Positions 26,701 to 35,600 of a stretch of 64,000 bases of DNA are shown piece by piece (positions within the stretch are counted from its first letter, which is position 1; every line of letters starts with the position of its first letter). The notes below the pieces were generated by a model. That model saw only the letters and a list, made by a program, of their open reading frames with translations, was not told the DNA's origin and made no database searches. The position numbers were made by a program, and so were the translations under genes. The DNA comes from Chloroflexota bacterium (GTDB lineage Bacteria > Chloroflexota > Anaerolineae > Anaerolineales > UBA11579), in the NCBI GenBank assembly GCA_009391835.1, contig QWJF01000003.1, forward strand, positions 16,205 to 80,204, given 5' to 3'.

Positions 26701-26996
26701 AAAGCGCCGAACAAGGGTAACAGCGGCCCGAGTGCCGGGGCGGCTATCCCAGGGATAGGCAGCGCATCCGCGGCGGGAAGGCGAATGGTGAACACGATCA
26801 GGCTAAGGGGTGTGATTAGAGCCAGGGCAGCCAGCGCGATCCATTGCTGGCGATCCCAATCACGCCAGACAGGCGTACGACGAAAGATCAACCAGACAGT
26901 GAGGACAAGCAGGAAAACCCAAACAAGCCATGCTACTGGCCCATTGGGCGGCAGCATACGCAATACCACGGGTTGAAACAGCCAATTTATTGTCAT
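23730..26996 (-). CDS. sensor histidine kinase (multi-TM N-domain, Cache-like ectodomain, HAMP, GAF-like, PAS, HisKA, HATPase_c)
   Basis: 1088 aa.
- About 8 N-terminal TM helices.
- An extracytoplasmic stretch of about 250 aa, then a TM helix.
- HAMP (RIAAGDLDAPLSFKGVDEIGRLGSALEQM).
- H-box FLSTVSHELHDPL.
- N-box LYNLLDNAIRQS, G1 KDKGPGI, G2 GLGSTF. Confidence 0.9.
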   Translation of the reverse strand: MTINWLFQPVVLRMLPPNGPVAWLVWVFLLVLTVWLIFRRTPVWRDWDRQQWIALAALALITPLSLIVFTIRLPAADALPIPGIAAPALGPLLPLFGALPWIIASALFGSLPGAILAGLSGFFLALWDTRSPFTPLEFALVAALFGELLRQRYRTPFFGALRRTWLAGLSVALFYPLLYVATSFFWVAENFVTSLDFALSRVALVALAFASQLVIASVLVEVLRFRSPLLAAVETNNQPSPGERSLHGRLVAILGPILAVLFIALGLVVWVMAGRAATRMHTDRMQSSSQVAAAGVPFMLETGQNLMLQMASDPVLRQADTNTVQSFLTDRLDAVPYFEQVVFLDSSGNPIAVAPAAALPALSLSPRELEAVGRAAGGVPIQFFSVAPADTESESAQLVFVAAVDTGAGVQRVLMGRTRLASNPFAQPVLQSLAGLTEIGGRGLLLDGQGNIVYQPGGSSLFTVYTGQVSSESIQYEDIGPEGARRLVYYHPATGSNWAVVAQLPLGLVQENALSIALPALALLLGLALLAYWLLLAGLRTVTGSLQDLVVESQRIAAGDLDAPLSFKGVDEIGRLGSALEQMRSTLRARLGEIQRLLSVTQGVASSPDVASQVNPILNAALANGASMARLVFLEERSSEFGGHEFVGYGQGTNHEAFAALDAQVFGLTQTQQRVLLTNPARARLDFDSVKPAPAALAAFALKNDDESLGALWLTYDAPQQFGREAVRYLSTLAEQAAQAAANARRYLSADVGRKRMEALLAATPDPILLVDRLGRILLANPGVLSILGRQSEAVLGKRIEEVIEKEGWLTLFDSPMEEAASTELQLDDGRIFYVSLSPIETDGEVAARACILREVTQFKQAEAMRAEFLSTVSHELHDPLELIGGYVTMLDMVGELNEKQVAYMDKIRHSVDGMSHLVSSLLDFERIESAQGLQLERFSLPETIDEVIAEIKPRIAQKQLDLDLQLPGDSMPTIEADRTLLQRALYNLLDNAIRQSGRAARIEMWLSISRDSVTFAVKDKGPGIAPMDLAKVFERLGRGNGEEDTHSGMSLAIVKSIFERHGGRVWAESELGLGSTFFGKIPLEQPA

Positions 26997-27011
26997 AGCG
27001 CTGAGGCTAGT

Positions 27012-27707
27012 TTACCGATAGACGCCGCGATACGCCTCAGGAATCAATTCAGCAATTCTTTCCATCACCATATCGGCGTTACCCTGTCGGGCTTCGCGAC
27101 GTTGTTTACCCCGGCCAGCGATGGGTGGCGGCGAGAAGGGTTTTCCGATGTTCATTTGCAGCCTGGGCCGTTTCCCACGCAGGGCGCGCTTCAACAAGTC
27201 GTCGGTGGTGCCAATAATTCCCACCGGGACAACCGGCACATTTGCGCGATCAACCAGATAGGCGACGCCTGCGCGGGCACGGCGCAAGCCCGGAACGTGG
27301 GAGCGACCTCCCTCGGGCGCAATGAGGAGCGGACGGCCAACAGTCAGCACTTCCAGCATCGTGTCGATGACGAGGCGGTCGTATTCGCCGCGATGCACCG
27401 GGATGGCGCGGTAGGCGCGCACCATGATCTTTTGGCCGGGGCGTTCAAAAACATCTGCGCCGGCGATGGCTTCGGGGATCTCCGGCCAAAAGCTAAGGAC
27501 CAGGGGCGGTTCAAATAATGAAATATGATTGTGGGCAATTATGTAACTGGACCCTAACGGGACGTTTTCCAAACCGCTAATCTCAATGTGGCACAGGATA
27601 TGAAACACCCCACGAAACACGGCTCGCAGTGAGCCACGCCAAATCTGAAGCCATAATGGAAATTTAACGGGAAGTTTGTTGGGCCTTGAATCAGACGAAG
27701 AATTCAT
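27012..27707 (-). CDS. plsC: 1-acyl-sn-glycerol-3-phosphate acyltransferase family protein
   Basis: 231 aa. The acyltransferase block I variant is AHNHISLFEPP (HX4E rather than HX4D) and block III is IAPEGGRS. Confidence 0.75.
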   Translation of the reverse strand: MNSSSDSRPNKLPVKFPLWLQIWRGSLRAVFRGVFHILCHIEISGLENVPLGSSYIIAHNHISLFEPPLVLSFWPEIPEAIAGADVFERPGQKIMVRAYRAIPVHRGEYDRLVIDTMLEVLTVGRPLLIAPEGGRSHVPGLRRARAGVAYLVDRANVPVVPVGIIGTTDDLLKRALRGKRPRLQMNIGKPFSPPPIAGRGKQRREARQGNADMVMERIAELIPEAYRGVYR

Positions 27708-27724
27708 AATAACCAGGGCATTCG

Positions 27725-28420
27725 TTAGCTCAATTCCTCAATTTTTGCTTCCACCAACTTGATGGCTATCGCGAGCACATCCTTTGCCTGTTTGCCATCC
27801 GATTTAAGCACAATTGCATCATCGGCGGGGCGTAGCGGGGCAATGGCGCGATTGGCATCGATCTCGTCGCGAATGCGCATGGATTGCTCAACCTGAGCGT
27901 AATCTGCCTGCTGACCACGCGCCTCAAGCTCAGCGTGGCGGCGCAGAGCGCGCTCTTCCACCGAAGCATCCAGATAAATCTTGAGATCGGCTTCGGGGAG
28001 CACAACCGTTCCAATATCTCGACCGGCCATGACGACGCCACCGCGGCGACCAATGCGTTGCTGCTGATCTTTCAAGGCACTGCGGACACCAGGATAGGCA
28101 GAGACCTGAGACACATGAGCATCTACTTCGGCAGATCGTATTTCCCAGGTGCAATCCTTCTCATCAATCAACACATCATATTGCCGGCTATCCTGTTGCG
28201 TGGGCGGAACCAGATCGATCGAAACCTCTAGGGCCAGTTTGGTTACAGACTGTTCATCGTTGATTTCCACATTGCGCTGAAGGGCCGCTAAAGTGACGGC
28301 TCTGTAGAGAGCACCGGTGTCGAAATACAGGTATTCAAAGTGTTCAGCAAGGCTTTGAGCAAGGGTAGATTTGCCCGAGGCAGCGGGACCATCAATGGCA
28401 ATAGCCAGGGCTTTAGTCAT
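27725..28420 (-). CDS. cmk: cytidylate kinase
   Basis: 231 aa. It has the P-loop IAIDGPAASGKST plus YLYFDTGALYRAVT and GRDIGTVVLP blocks typical of Cmk. Confidence 0.93.
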   Translation of the reverse strand: MTKALAIAIDGPAASGKSTLAQSLAEHFEYLYFDTGALYRAVTLAALQRNVEINDEQSVTKLALEVSIDLVPPTQQDSRQYDVLIDEKDCTWEIRSAEVDAHVSQVSAYPGVRSALKDQQQRIGRRGGVVMAGRDIGTVVLPEADLKIYLDASVEERALRRHAELEARGQQADYAQVEQSMRIRDEIDANRAIAPLRPADDAIVLKSDGKQAKDVLAIAIKLVEAKIEELS

Positions 28421-28438
28421 TGCAAATTCCTGGCCTCT

Positions 28439-30196
28439 TCATTGGGTTGGTCCCTCATCTAGCACTTCGATCTCTGATTGATCAACGCCGGGAAAGAGAT
28501 CAGCGCGAGCCCACAATCCCAATTCGCTTTGCCCAACCGGGGCCTGGCGAAAGAGCAGCCATGCGATCAAATTGTCTGGCCAGTCCCCGGTCCAGCTTGG
28601 GCTTTGGGTCCAAACAAAATCCTGACCGCGATACGCAACCGGGAGCGCAGGCGGTTGATCCAATCCATCGGTGAGAATTATGGCTGGCTGCGCTCCCGAG
28701 GCCAGCACTCCGCCAGACGCAAAGAGGGGCCAATTGCGCAAAGCCCAGCGCAAAGAAAAGCTCCGGCTCTCGGAAAGGATTTCAAGTGTATTTGCCTGAC
28801 CGGTATTTTGGATAGACAGGTCGGTCAGCGTAGAAAGCAAAAGATCCGTTTGTCCAGCGGCCGTGCCTGGAGTGAGTAATGTGTTGTCAGGCGGAAAGCT
28901 CCGATTTTGAATACGAGAGCTAAAAGTAAACGCCAGAAAAAAGGCGAGAACGCCCAGCGTCCAGCGAGCACTTTGAGAGGCAGCAGAGCCTGACCACCCC
29001 AATGCAATCAACACCAAGGCCAGGGCTCCGACGAGCAGGGCGATGCCAGCAATGGCAAGGCGGCCCGTGAACGGCTCTGTGCCCGGTTCAAAACCAGCAG
29101 CCCCTGATAGTTGGATAATGACAATGACGCTGACGAGCAAAAATAGCAAAGATGCGCCAAAAACGGCTGGGCGATTCTCCACTGGCAAATACAAGGCGCT
29201 GGCAAGTTCACGGGCGACAAGCGTCCAGAGCGGCAGGCTTACCCAAAGCAAATGGTGAACTTGGCGACCGGGGTATAGAAAGATGACAATCAATCCAGCA
29301 ATGGCCCAAACAGCTAACACGCGGCCGACTCTATCGTTTTCCTTCCAAGCACGAAACGTAGCGATGCCGCCGAGAAATATCGCGGGCAAACTGTATCCAA
29401 GCAGACCAAGAAGTAGATAGCTGGCAGGAATCCTTGCCGGCTTAAACCAAGCAGTAACGAATCCAGCCAGACCACTGCCAATGCCGGAGAAGCCGCACGG
29501 AGTTGACAGAAAAACGGTAACGCCAAAGGCCAGGGTTGCGCCAAAAGCCATCCAGGCCGGGCCAGCATCCACTTTGCGGAAAAAATCGCGGATGCTCTCT
29601 GTGGCCCAGTGGTGCATTTCACCACTTCGATCCACAACGCGCAGCAACAACCAGGCCAACGCGAGGCTTAGTAAGCCTACAAACAATGTGGGTTCGGAAA
29701 GGAGGGCAAAGGCAGCTAGCACGCCGGCGAGCATCGTTGATCCGCGATGCCAGGCCAACAGGGCGAACAACGGCAGCACAATGCCGAGCATAATCCCGGA
29801 AGCAAATCGTGAGAGGGTGACAAATTCGGGGGCGACGGCCAAGGCCAGGGCGAGCAATAGGGCAGGAACGCGCCCCAGGTTTTCACGTAGCGCATAGGGC
29901 AGCAAAACAAACAGGCTGCCCAACACGGCCGGCCAGAAACGGGCAAGAAAATTCGTGCTGCCGCCGATCAAAGCAAAATTCAAGGCGGTGAGCAGGACAT
30001 ACGCCGGTTGGTCTCCCGTCGAAGCGACCACGCCAGTAGCTATATCATGAGCCTGGAGAGCCTGGTTAGCTTCCAACTCAGTAAGTGGTGCAGCACCCAG
30101 CGCGGCAAAGCGCATGACCAGGGCCAGGCCAAAAACGGCGGCAAATGCTGCAAAGCCGATGGTTCGGGGAGATTGAATTGTCATTGCGCCGACCAT
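28439..30196 (-). CDS. polytopic membrane protein, probable GT-C-fold glycosyltransferase-like protein with a C-terminal extracytoplasmic domain
   Basis: 585 aa with roughly 12 or more hydrophobic helices. An acidic first-loop motif follows TM1 (APLTELEANQALQA). The soluble C-terminal domain is about 140 aa. It is the last of four consecutive giant membrane proteins. The family call is tentative. Confidence 0.45.
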   Translation of the reverse strand: MVGAMTIQSPRTIGFAAFAAVFGLALVMRFAALGAAPLTELEANQALQAHDIATGVVASTGDQPAYVLLTALNFALIGGSTNFLARFWPAVLGSLFVLLPYALRENLGRVPALLLALALAVAPEFVTLSRFASGIMLGIVLPLFALLAWHRGSTMLAGVLAAFALLSEPTLFVGLLSLALAWLLLRVVDRSGEMHHWATESIRDFFRKVDAGPAWMAFGATLAFGVTVFLSTPCGFSGIGSGLAGFVTAWFKPARIPASYLLLGLLGYSLPAIFLGGIATFRAWKENDRVGRVLAVWAIAGLIVIFLYPGRQVHHLLWVSLPLWTLVARELASALYLPVENRPAVFGASLLFLLVSVIVIIQLSGAAGFEPGTEPFTGRLAIAGIALLVGALALVLIALGWSGSAASQSARWTLGVLAFFLAFTFSSRIQNRSFPPDNTLLTPGTAAGQTDLLLSTLTDLSIQNTGQANTLEILSESRSFSLRWALRNWPLFASGGVLASGAQPAIILTDGLDQPPALPVAYRGQDFVWTQSPSWTGDWPDNLIAWLLFRQAPVGQSELGLWARADLFPGVDQSEIEVLDEGPTQ

Positions 30197-30235
30197 TATA
30201 GTCGAGGCAGGTTGAAGGGGTCTGGCAGTGAAAGA

Positions 30236-32677
30236 TCAGGGAGCAAGATAAATTGTGATTGAGTCGTTCTGAAAACCGACTTCAAGATTTTCCTGGAACT
30301 TGCCCTCATCCAAGCCGTACGTGTTGCGTTCCAAAAACCCAATGACGATGTAGCGAACATCGTATTTTTCCAGAATAGCCTGGGCGACAAGCCATTCATT
30401 GGTGGTGTATAGAGTTTCAATCTCGGCAATGCGGGGGGCAAAATCCACACTGTCTCCGCGCCATTGGCCTTCATGGCCCGGCCAGCCCAGCACCGCCGTT
30501 TGACCCGAATGGACGGACATGCGGCCAGCGCCGGTGTAGCTGCCCCCAACAGCTTCGACTAGTGGGGCGAGGGGTTGGGCGCGCAACCAGTTGATGGCGG
30601 CTAGGTCATTGGCGGCTAATCGTTGCGCGCCATCCAATTCAAGGGCTTGATCATTGGCGCGGCGATAGCGATCCGGGAAGGCGAAGGCAGGATAGATGAG
30701 GCCAGCAGCCAGCAAAAAAATAGCAATGACGCCAGCAATCCAGCGCGAAAGCCCTCGCCACTCCCGAATCATTATGGACAGGGCAACCGCAGCAACAACC
30801 CCCCATATCAACCAGGCCTGCATGTAGAACTTAAATACCGTATTCATGCGGGTGCCAAATTGATCACGCAGGTAGATGAATTCGGGAGCGAGCACGAGAA
30901 GGGCGGCAAAGAGAGCCAGAATGAGATGGAAACGGCCGGCTGCGCGCTCTCGGGATTTTTTCTTTTCGGTTTTAGGCTGAGCGCCATTTGGCCAGAAGAG
31001 GCCAAACAACATCCCGAGCAACACAAGCAGGGAAAGCCAGCCGCCCGGATTGGCAATTCGACGCCGGATGGATTCGCCAAGCAGAGAAGCTAAATCAGGA
31101 GCGCCCAGGCGCGTAAGCGCATCGGCAGTGAGATTGCTGTCCGCAAAAAGGGTGGCATACATCCAGGGCAGAAACAGCGAGAGGACCCAAAGTCCGATAA
31201 TCAAAGCAAGGGCAAGAAAGAAACCACGCAGCAATCGACTGGGCTGCCAGTGAGCGTTCCAGGTTCCGATGAGATAGGCGACGATAGGCAGCAATAGTGT
31301 TCCGAACATGATCCAAAGATGCGCACCGCGGGTGGGATTGAGCACGTTGGGCAGCACGCCACCTGCCTGGGAGCTGAAGCCCAGGTAAAAGGGGAGATAG
31401 AGCAATAGTCCGCCCACCCCAAGCAACAGCAGCAGAGTCAGGAATTCGCTGATGCGCTGCATGCCCCAGCCATACTGTTCGGCCTGAAAGATTGCATAGG
31501 CGCCAGCAAACAAGACCAGATAAATGGGAAAATCCCAAATATTAATGAAGGCAAGGCCTCCCAGGATCACAGCGCTTAGGACAAGAAAATGAGATTGGAT
31601 GCGCAGACCGAGCCAACCTGCAGCGTCCGAGCGGGTTGCTCCACCCTGGTAGAGCTGAAAGGCCAGCGCGGCTGCCAGGTAAACAAAGGGCATAGAAAGC
31701 ACGTGGGGATGGAGATCGCCCAGCACAAAGGAGAAGGCGGGAATCTCGTCGATCACTTCCAGTTGACCCCCCGAAAAGCTCAGGTCGTTGATAACCCGCG
31801 AAGCGCGCCACCACCACCAGTTTTCAGTGCCGTAGAGGCGAGGCTGCCAAGCGGGCGCGGTGGTTGGGGCGAAGGCAAGATCCTTGACATCCAACCATGC
31901 CCAAAAGTCGGAGACCAAGCCGCCGCTTGAATCAAAGCTCCAAAACATATGCCGAGCGTGCAGGATTTCGAGGAGTCCTTCAACATTGCCAAGCACCAGC
32001 GTGAGCAAAGGCGCCAGAAGGGCGAGCCATGCATTTGAGCGGCGGGCATTTGGCGCGCGCAGGGCCAGCAGATTGTAGGCTAGCCCATAGGCGCCGAGCG
32101 CGGCCATTGCGAAGGTCATCGCGATGCCCAGACTGAAGGCAGCGCCGCCTGTAGCGGCCGTGATCTTGGCAAGCATCGCGACCATCAGGAAGCCAAAATA
32201 ATAATAGGAGATTGAGTAGCCGGACAACCAAGGATCGTGCGGGGGCATCACGGGTGAGCGAAGAATGGCGTTGATGAAGCCCAGTTCCATTGGTTTTTCT
32301 GTGGTGCCCAAATCCGGATTGGAGGCCCGTAAAAAGGCCATCGCCAGAAAGGCAATCAGGAACAGGGCTTCTACGCCAAGCACATAGCCACGATTGCTCT
32401 TAAACCAGGCCCGGATTTCTTTCTTATCCAGACCGCGCCAAGCCCAAATGCTGAGCCCGCCCAAAAACAAAAGGGCGGTGAGCAGGCTGCCTGTGTTGTT
32501 CTGCAGAAGGCCGTAGCTGCCAAGAATCCAGAAGAGGAAACTCCAAAGCAGCAGGCCAAGAGGCCGGATAAACGTATAGCCGCGATCGGGAAGTTTGCCA
32601 AGGAAACGGAAGGCGAGGGGTAGCGCCAGAAGGCCGAGCCCTACCAGGCTGAGATACCAGAGCAGAACGGTAATCAT
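30236..32677 (-). CDS. DUF2298 / Chlor_Arch_YYY-type polytopic membrane protein
   Basis: 813 aa and strongly hydrophobic throughout. The signature is NPDLGTTEKPMELGFINAILRSPVMPPHDPWLSGYSISYYYFGF (YYYxG motif at about 32197-32206). The C-terminal soluble domain ends YDVRYIVIGFLERNTYG. The family name is recalled from memory (TIGR03662 / Pfam DUF2298). Confidence 0.75.
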   Translation of the reverse strand: MITVLLWYLSLVGLGLLALPLAFRFLGKLPDRGYTFIRPLGLLLWSFLFWILGSYGLLQNNTGSLLTALLFLGGLSIWAWRGLDKKEIRAWFKSNRGYVLGVEALFLIAFLAMAFLRASNPDLGTTEKPMELGFINAILRSPVMPPHDPWLSGYSISYYYFGFLMVAMLAKITAATGGAAFSLGIAMTFAMAALGAYGLAYNLLALRAPNARRSNAWLALLAPLLTLVLGNVEGLLEILHARHMFWSFDSSGGLVSDFWAWLDVKDLAFAPTTAPAWQPRLYGTENWWWWRASRVINDLSFSGGQLEVIDEIPAFSFVLGDLHPHVLSMPFVYLAAALAFQLYQGGATRSDAAGWLGLRIQSHFLVLSAVILGGLAFINIWDFPIYLVLFAGAYAIFQAEQYGWGMQRISEFLTLLLLLGVGGLLLYLPFYLGFSSQAGGVLPNVLNPTRGAHLWIMFGTLLLPIVAYLIGTWNAHWQPSRLLRGFFLALALIIGLWVLSLFLPWMYATLFADSNLTADALTRLGAPDLASLLGESIRRRIANPGGWLSLLVLLGMLFGLFWPNGAQPKTEKKKSRERAAGRFHLILALFAALLVLAPEFIYLRDQFGTRMNTVFKFYMQAWLIWGVVAAVALSIMIREWRGLSRWIAGVIAIFLLAAGLIYPAFAFPDRYRRANDQALELDGAQRLAANDLAAINWLRAQPLAPLVEAVGGSYTGAGRMSVHSGQTAVLGWPGHEGQWRGDSVDFAPRIAEIETLYTTNEWLVAQAILEKYDVRYIVIGFLERNTYGLDEGKFQENLEVGFQNDSITIYLAP

Positions 32678-32680
32678 CTC

Positions 32681-35600
32681 TTAGTCCAGGGTGAGCGCGC
32701 TGGCGTTCGCGCGATAGATTACTGTGTCTTCAAAGCGGAAGACTTCTTCCCAGAGGCGCCCATCCTGGCGCTCAAATTTGCCAAGCCCACTGCCTGGATA
32801 ATAGGCGCGCTCCAATTGTCCTACGATGACGTATTCGACATCATAGGTTTGGAGAAAATCATTGACGAAAGCCAAATCACTGGTTTCATAAAATTGCTGT
32901 ACCGCGCCAACCCGGCCCCAAATATCGTTGCCAGGGACGAACTCGCGCTGTTGGCGTTGGTGCCAGTTCCAGCCGATGACAGCCGGCAATCCGGTGTTGA
33001 TTGCGTATCGAGAGCCCCAGCGGTATTCGCCAGTATGGGCTTCGACGATAACGGGCGATCCTTCGACGTTATCCTGCAACCAACGAATGGCAACATAATC
33101 CTGGTTGAGATCGAGCTCCTGATCGCGCTCGTAATACACGGATGTTTGCATATAGGCCAGGCCGTCGAGCGTGTGGGGCGCAGTCGCCGACATGCGATCC
33201 TTCATCTTGGCGGGCACTGCCAAAACCAGGAATAGCGCACCGCTGGCAATCAAGACTGCGCCGATTCCCACCCAGACGCGCTGCCAGGAGGGCAGCCACT
33301 GACGAACCTCGTTGAATGTCCAAGCCAGGGCCAGGGTCGCACTGAGGGCAAAGAGCGTCCAAACCTGCATGTAGAATTTGAAGACTGTGTTCATTCGAGA
33401 GATGTCGCCGCGCAGAACTACAACTTCGACCATAAGCGTGAGGAAAAGCCCAGTGCCAACCAGGAAAAGCACAAGGCGCTTGCTTTCCGGTTGCCCAGGC
33501 CGCAGGATGAGCAGACCCGCCCAAAGCATCAGCGGAAGAACGAACCAGGCAATATGCACGCCCAAGCCGGTGAGCGCCACAATGGCGGCCAATAAAACCA
33601 GAAGCCCTGCGTAAATCAGGAGCTGGTAAGGCTTGAGTTTTCGCAGAGAGGATAGGGGTGTACTTGCCAACCATTGGCGGGTTTCCCATAACATCCAAGC
33701 CAGGATAAAGAAGAGCATGATGCCCCAATGCAGGAGATAGACGCCAGAGGGCGTGTGGGAACCTGCCCAACGCTCCAGGCTGGTAAAACCCTGACGATAC
33801 CAATGGGCATAGGGTTGGTAGGCAAGGATCGAGGCGAAAGTAATTGCCGCAATGCCGCCAGCAGAATAGAGCCAGCGCGAAGCCGGCTGAATATCCCGTT
33901 TATCCGGGGGAAAATAATGCCCGATAGCATACGCTACGGCGAATGCGGCGATGACCAGATACGTGGGCAAGTCCCAGGTGTTGGTGGGGCGCAGGCTGCC
34001 AATGGCGATGCCGCCGAAGAGGAAGACCCAGAGAAGCTGAAGCGGGGCGCGCTGGCCGCGCCAGGCACGGCTCAAAACGACGGAGAGCGCCCAGGCCAGA
34101 GCAAGCAGTGTGAGAGGCAAAGCGATCATGTGGGCGTGTAGATCGGCGTACGTGAAGGTGAAGAGCGGGAATTCAGTAATCGGAGCGCTCTCACCGGGCG
34201 CTGGGATGATGCGGGTAGGGTTCCAGTACCAATCGCCGAGACCAAAAGGCAGCGGCTGACCAAGAATACGCAGCACAAGGCCACGAGCAGTCCAGACCAA
34301 ACCAGTGATCAAGCCTGCCTCGGTGCCATAAGCGCCATCGCTGCCCAGGCGCATGAAACCCTGGAAGATCATTTGCAGGGAACCCAGGTTGCCCGCCAAT
34401 ACCAAGGCGATGGCAGCCAGGATGCCTACACGATGGGATGCGTTATCTTCATCTTGTTCATCTTCAGTATCCGATTTCCAAGCGCGGTACAGGTTGCTGG
34501 CGAGTGAATAGGCGCCAAGGGCCAGCATGGCGAAGAGGCTGGGCAAAATCAGGTTGTAGGCCACGGAGGGGATAATGCCGAGCAACTTGGTGAGTGAGCC
34601 GACCAAGACAAAACCATAGTAATAGTAGTTAATGTAGCCACCCGCAAACCAGGGATCGTAGGCGGGGAAGCTGGTGCTTTTCAAAACGGCGTTGAAATAG
34701 GCGAAATCCATCGGTTTTTCGCCACCTTTGCCGGGATGCCACAAGTCGGGATTAAACCAGCGGATCAGCAGCATCAGAATGAAGAAGGCGAAGAAAAGCA
34801 CTTCTGTACGCATGAAGAGATGTCGTTTGCGTTCCCACAAGGCGCGCAATTCAACTCGCTGGCGATACGCGGCCCAGGCCCCGGCCAAGATGAGAAGCAG
34901 TGCTACGGCTGCTAACCAGCCGCGCGTAAAGCTCAGGCCGAGCGAGGCACCCAGCCAGGCAAAGTAGGAGAGCAGAAGCAGCCCAGCGAGGCGCGCCAAG
35001 GGATAGCCGTGATCCTGAAGGCCGGGCATGGCCCAGCGAACCATCGGGAAGGCTGCGAAACCGAGCACGGCTAAGGCCAGATACCAAATCAGTGCGCTTA
35101 CTCCGGACGAAGTATTAATCCAGTTATCCACGTCAAAGAGTTGCGACCAGGTGCCACCTGCACGTTGGCGCTCCCAATCCGGTTCGGGAAGCATCAGGTT
35201 GGGCGCCTGAGCGCCGGCGGCGTCCTCAAGGGTGAGCGGGACGGGACCCGTGGCTTGTTTGGGCGTAAGGTGGATCACATTATCCAGATTGACGGCGGAA
35301 AGAAGAGAGACGACTTCAGCCTGATCGTAATCTGCGCTCTTCTTGAAAATGAAAACCTTGGGGTGATCGTAGACCGTAAAGGCCTCTTCAGAGACCTGAT
35401 CGTTGATCACGAGGGAATTAAGCTGGGGTGAGGAATCGAAGATTTGGACAAGCTCGTAGCCCAGGCGACCTTCGAAATCGCCAAGCTGGGCCACATTGAA
35501 ACAAGACTCAATGGTTTGCCCCTCGGGGCATCCGAGCAACAAACGATAATATTCTGTGACCAGCGGGAAACGCTCAGGGATGCGGGGAAGGCTAGCCCAT

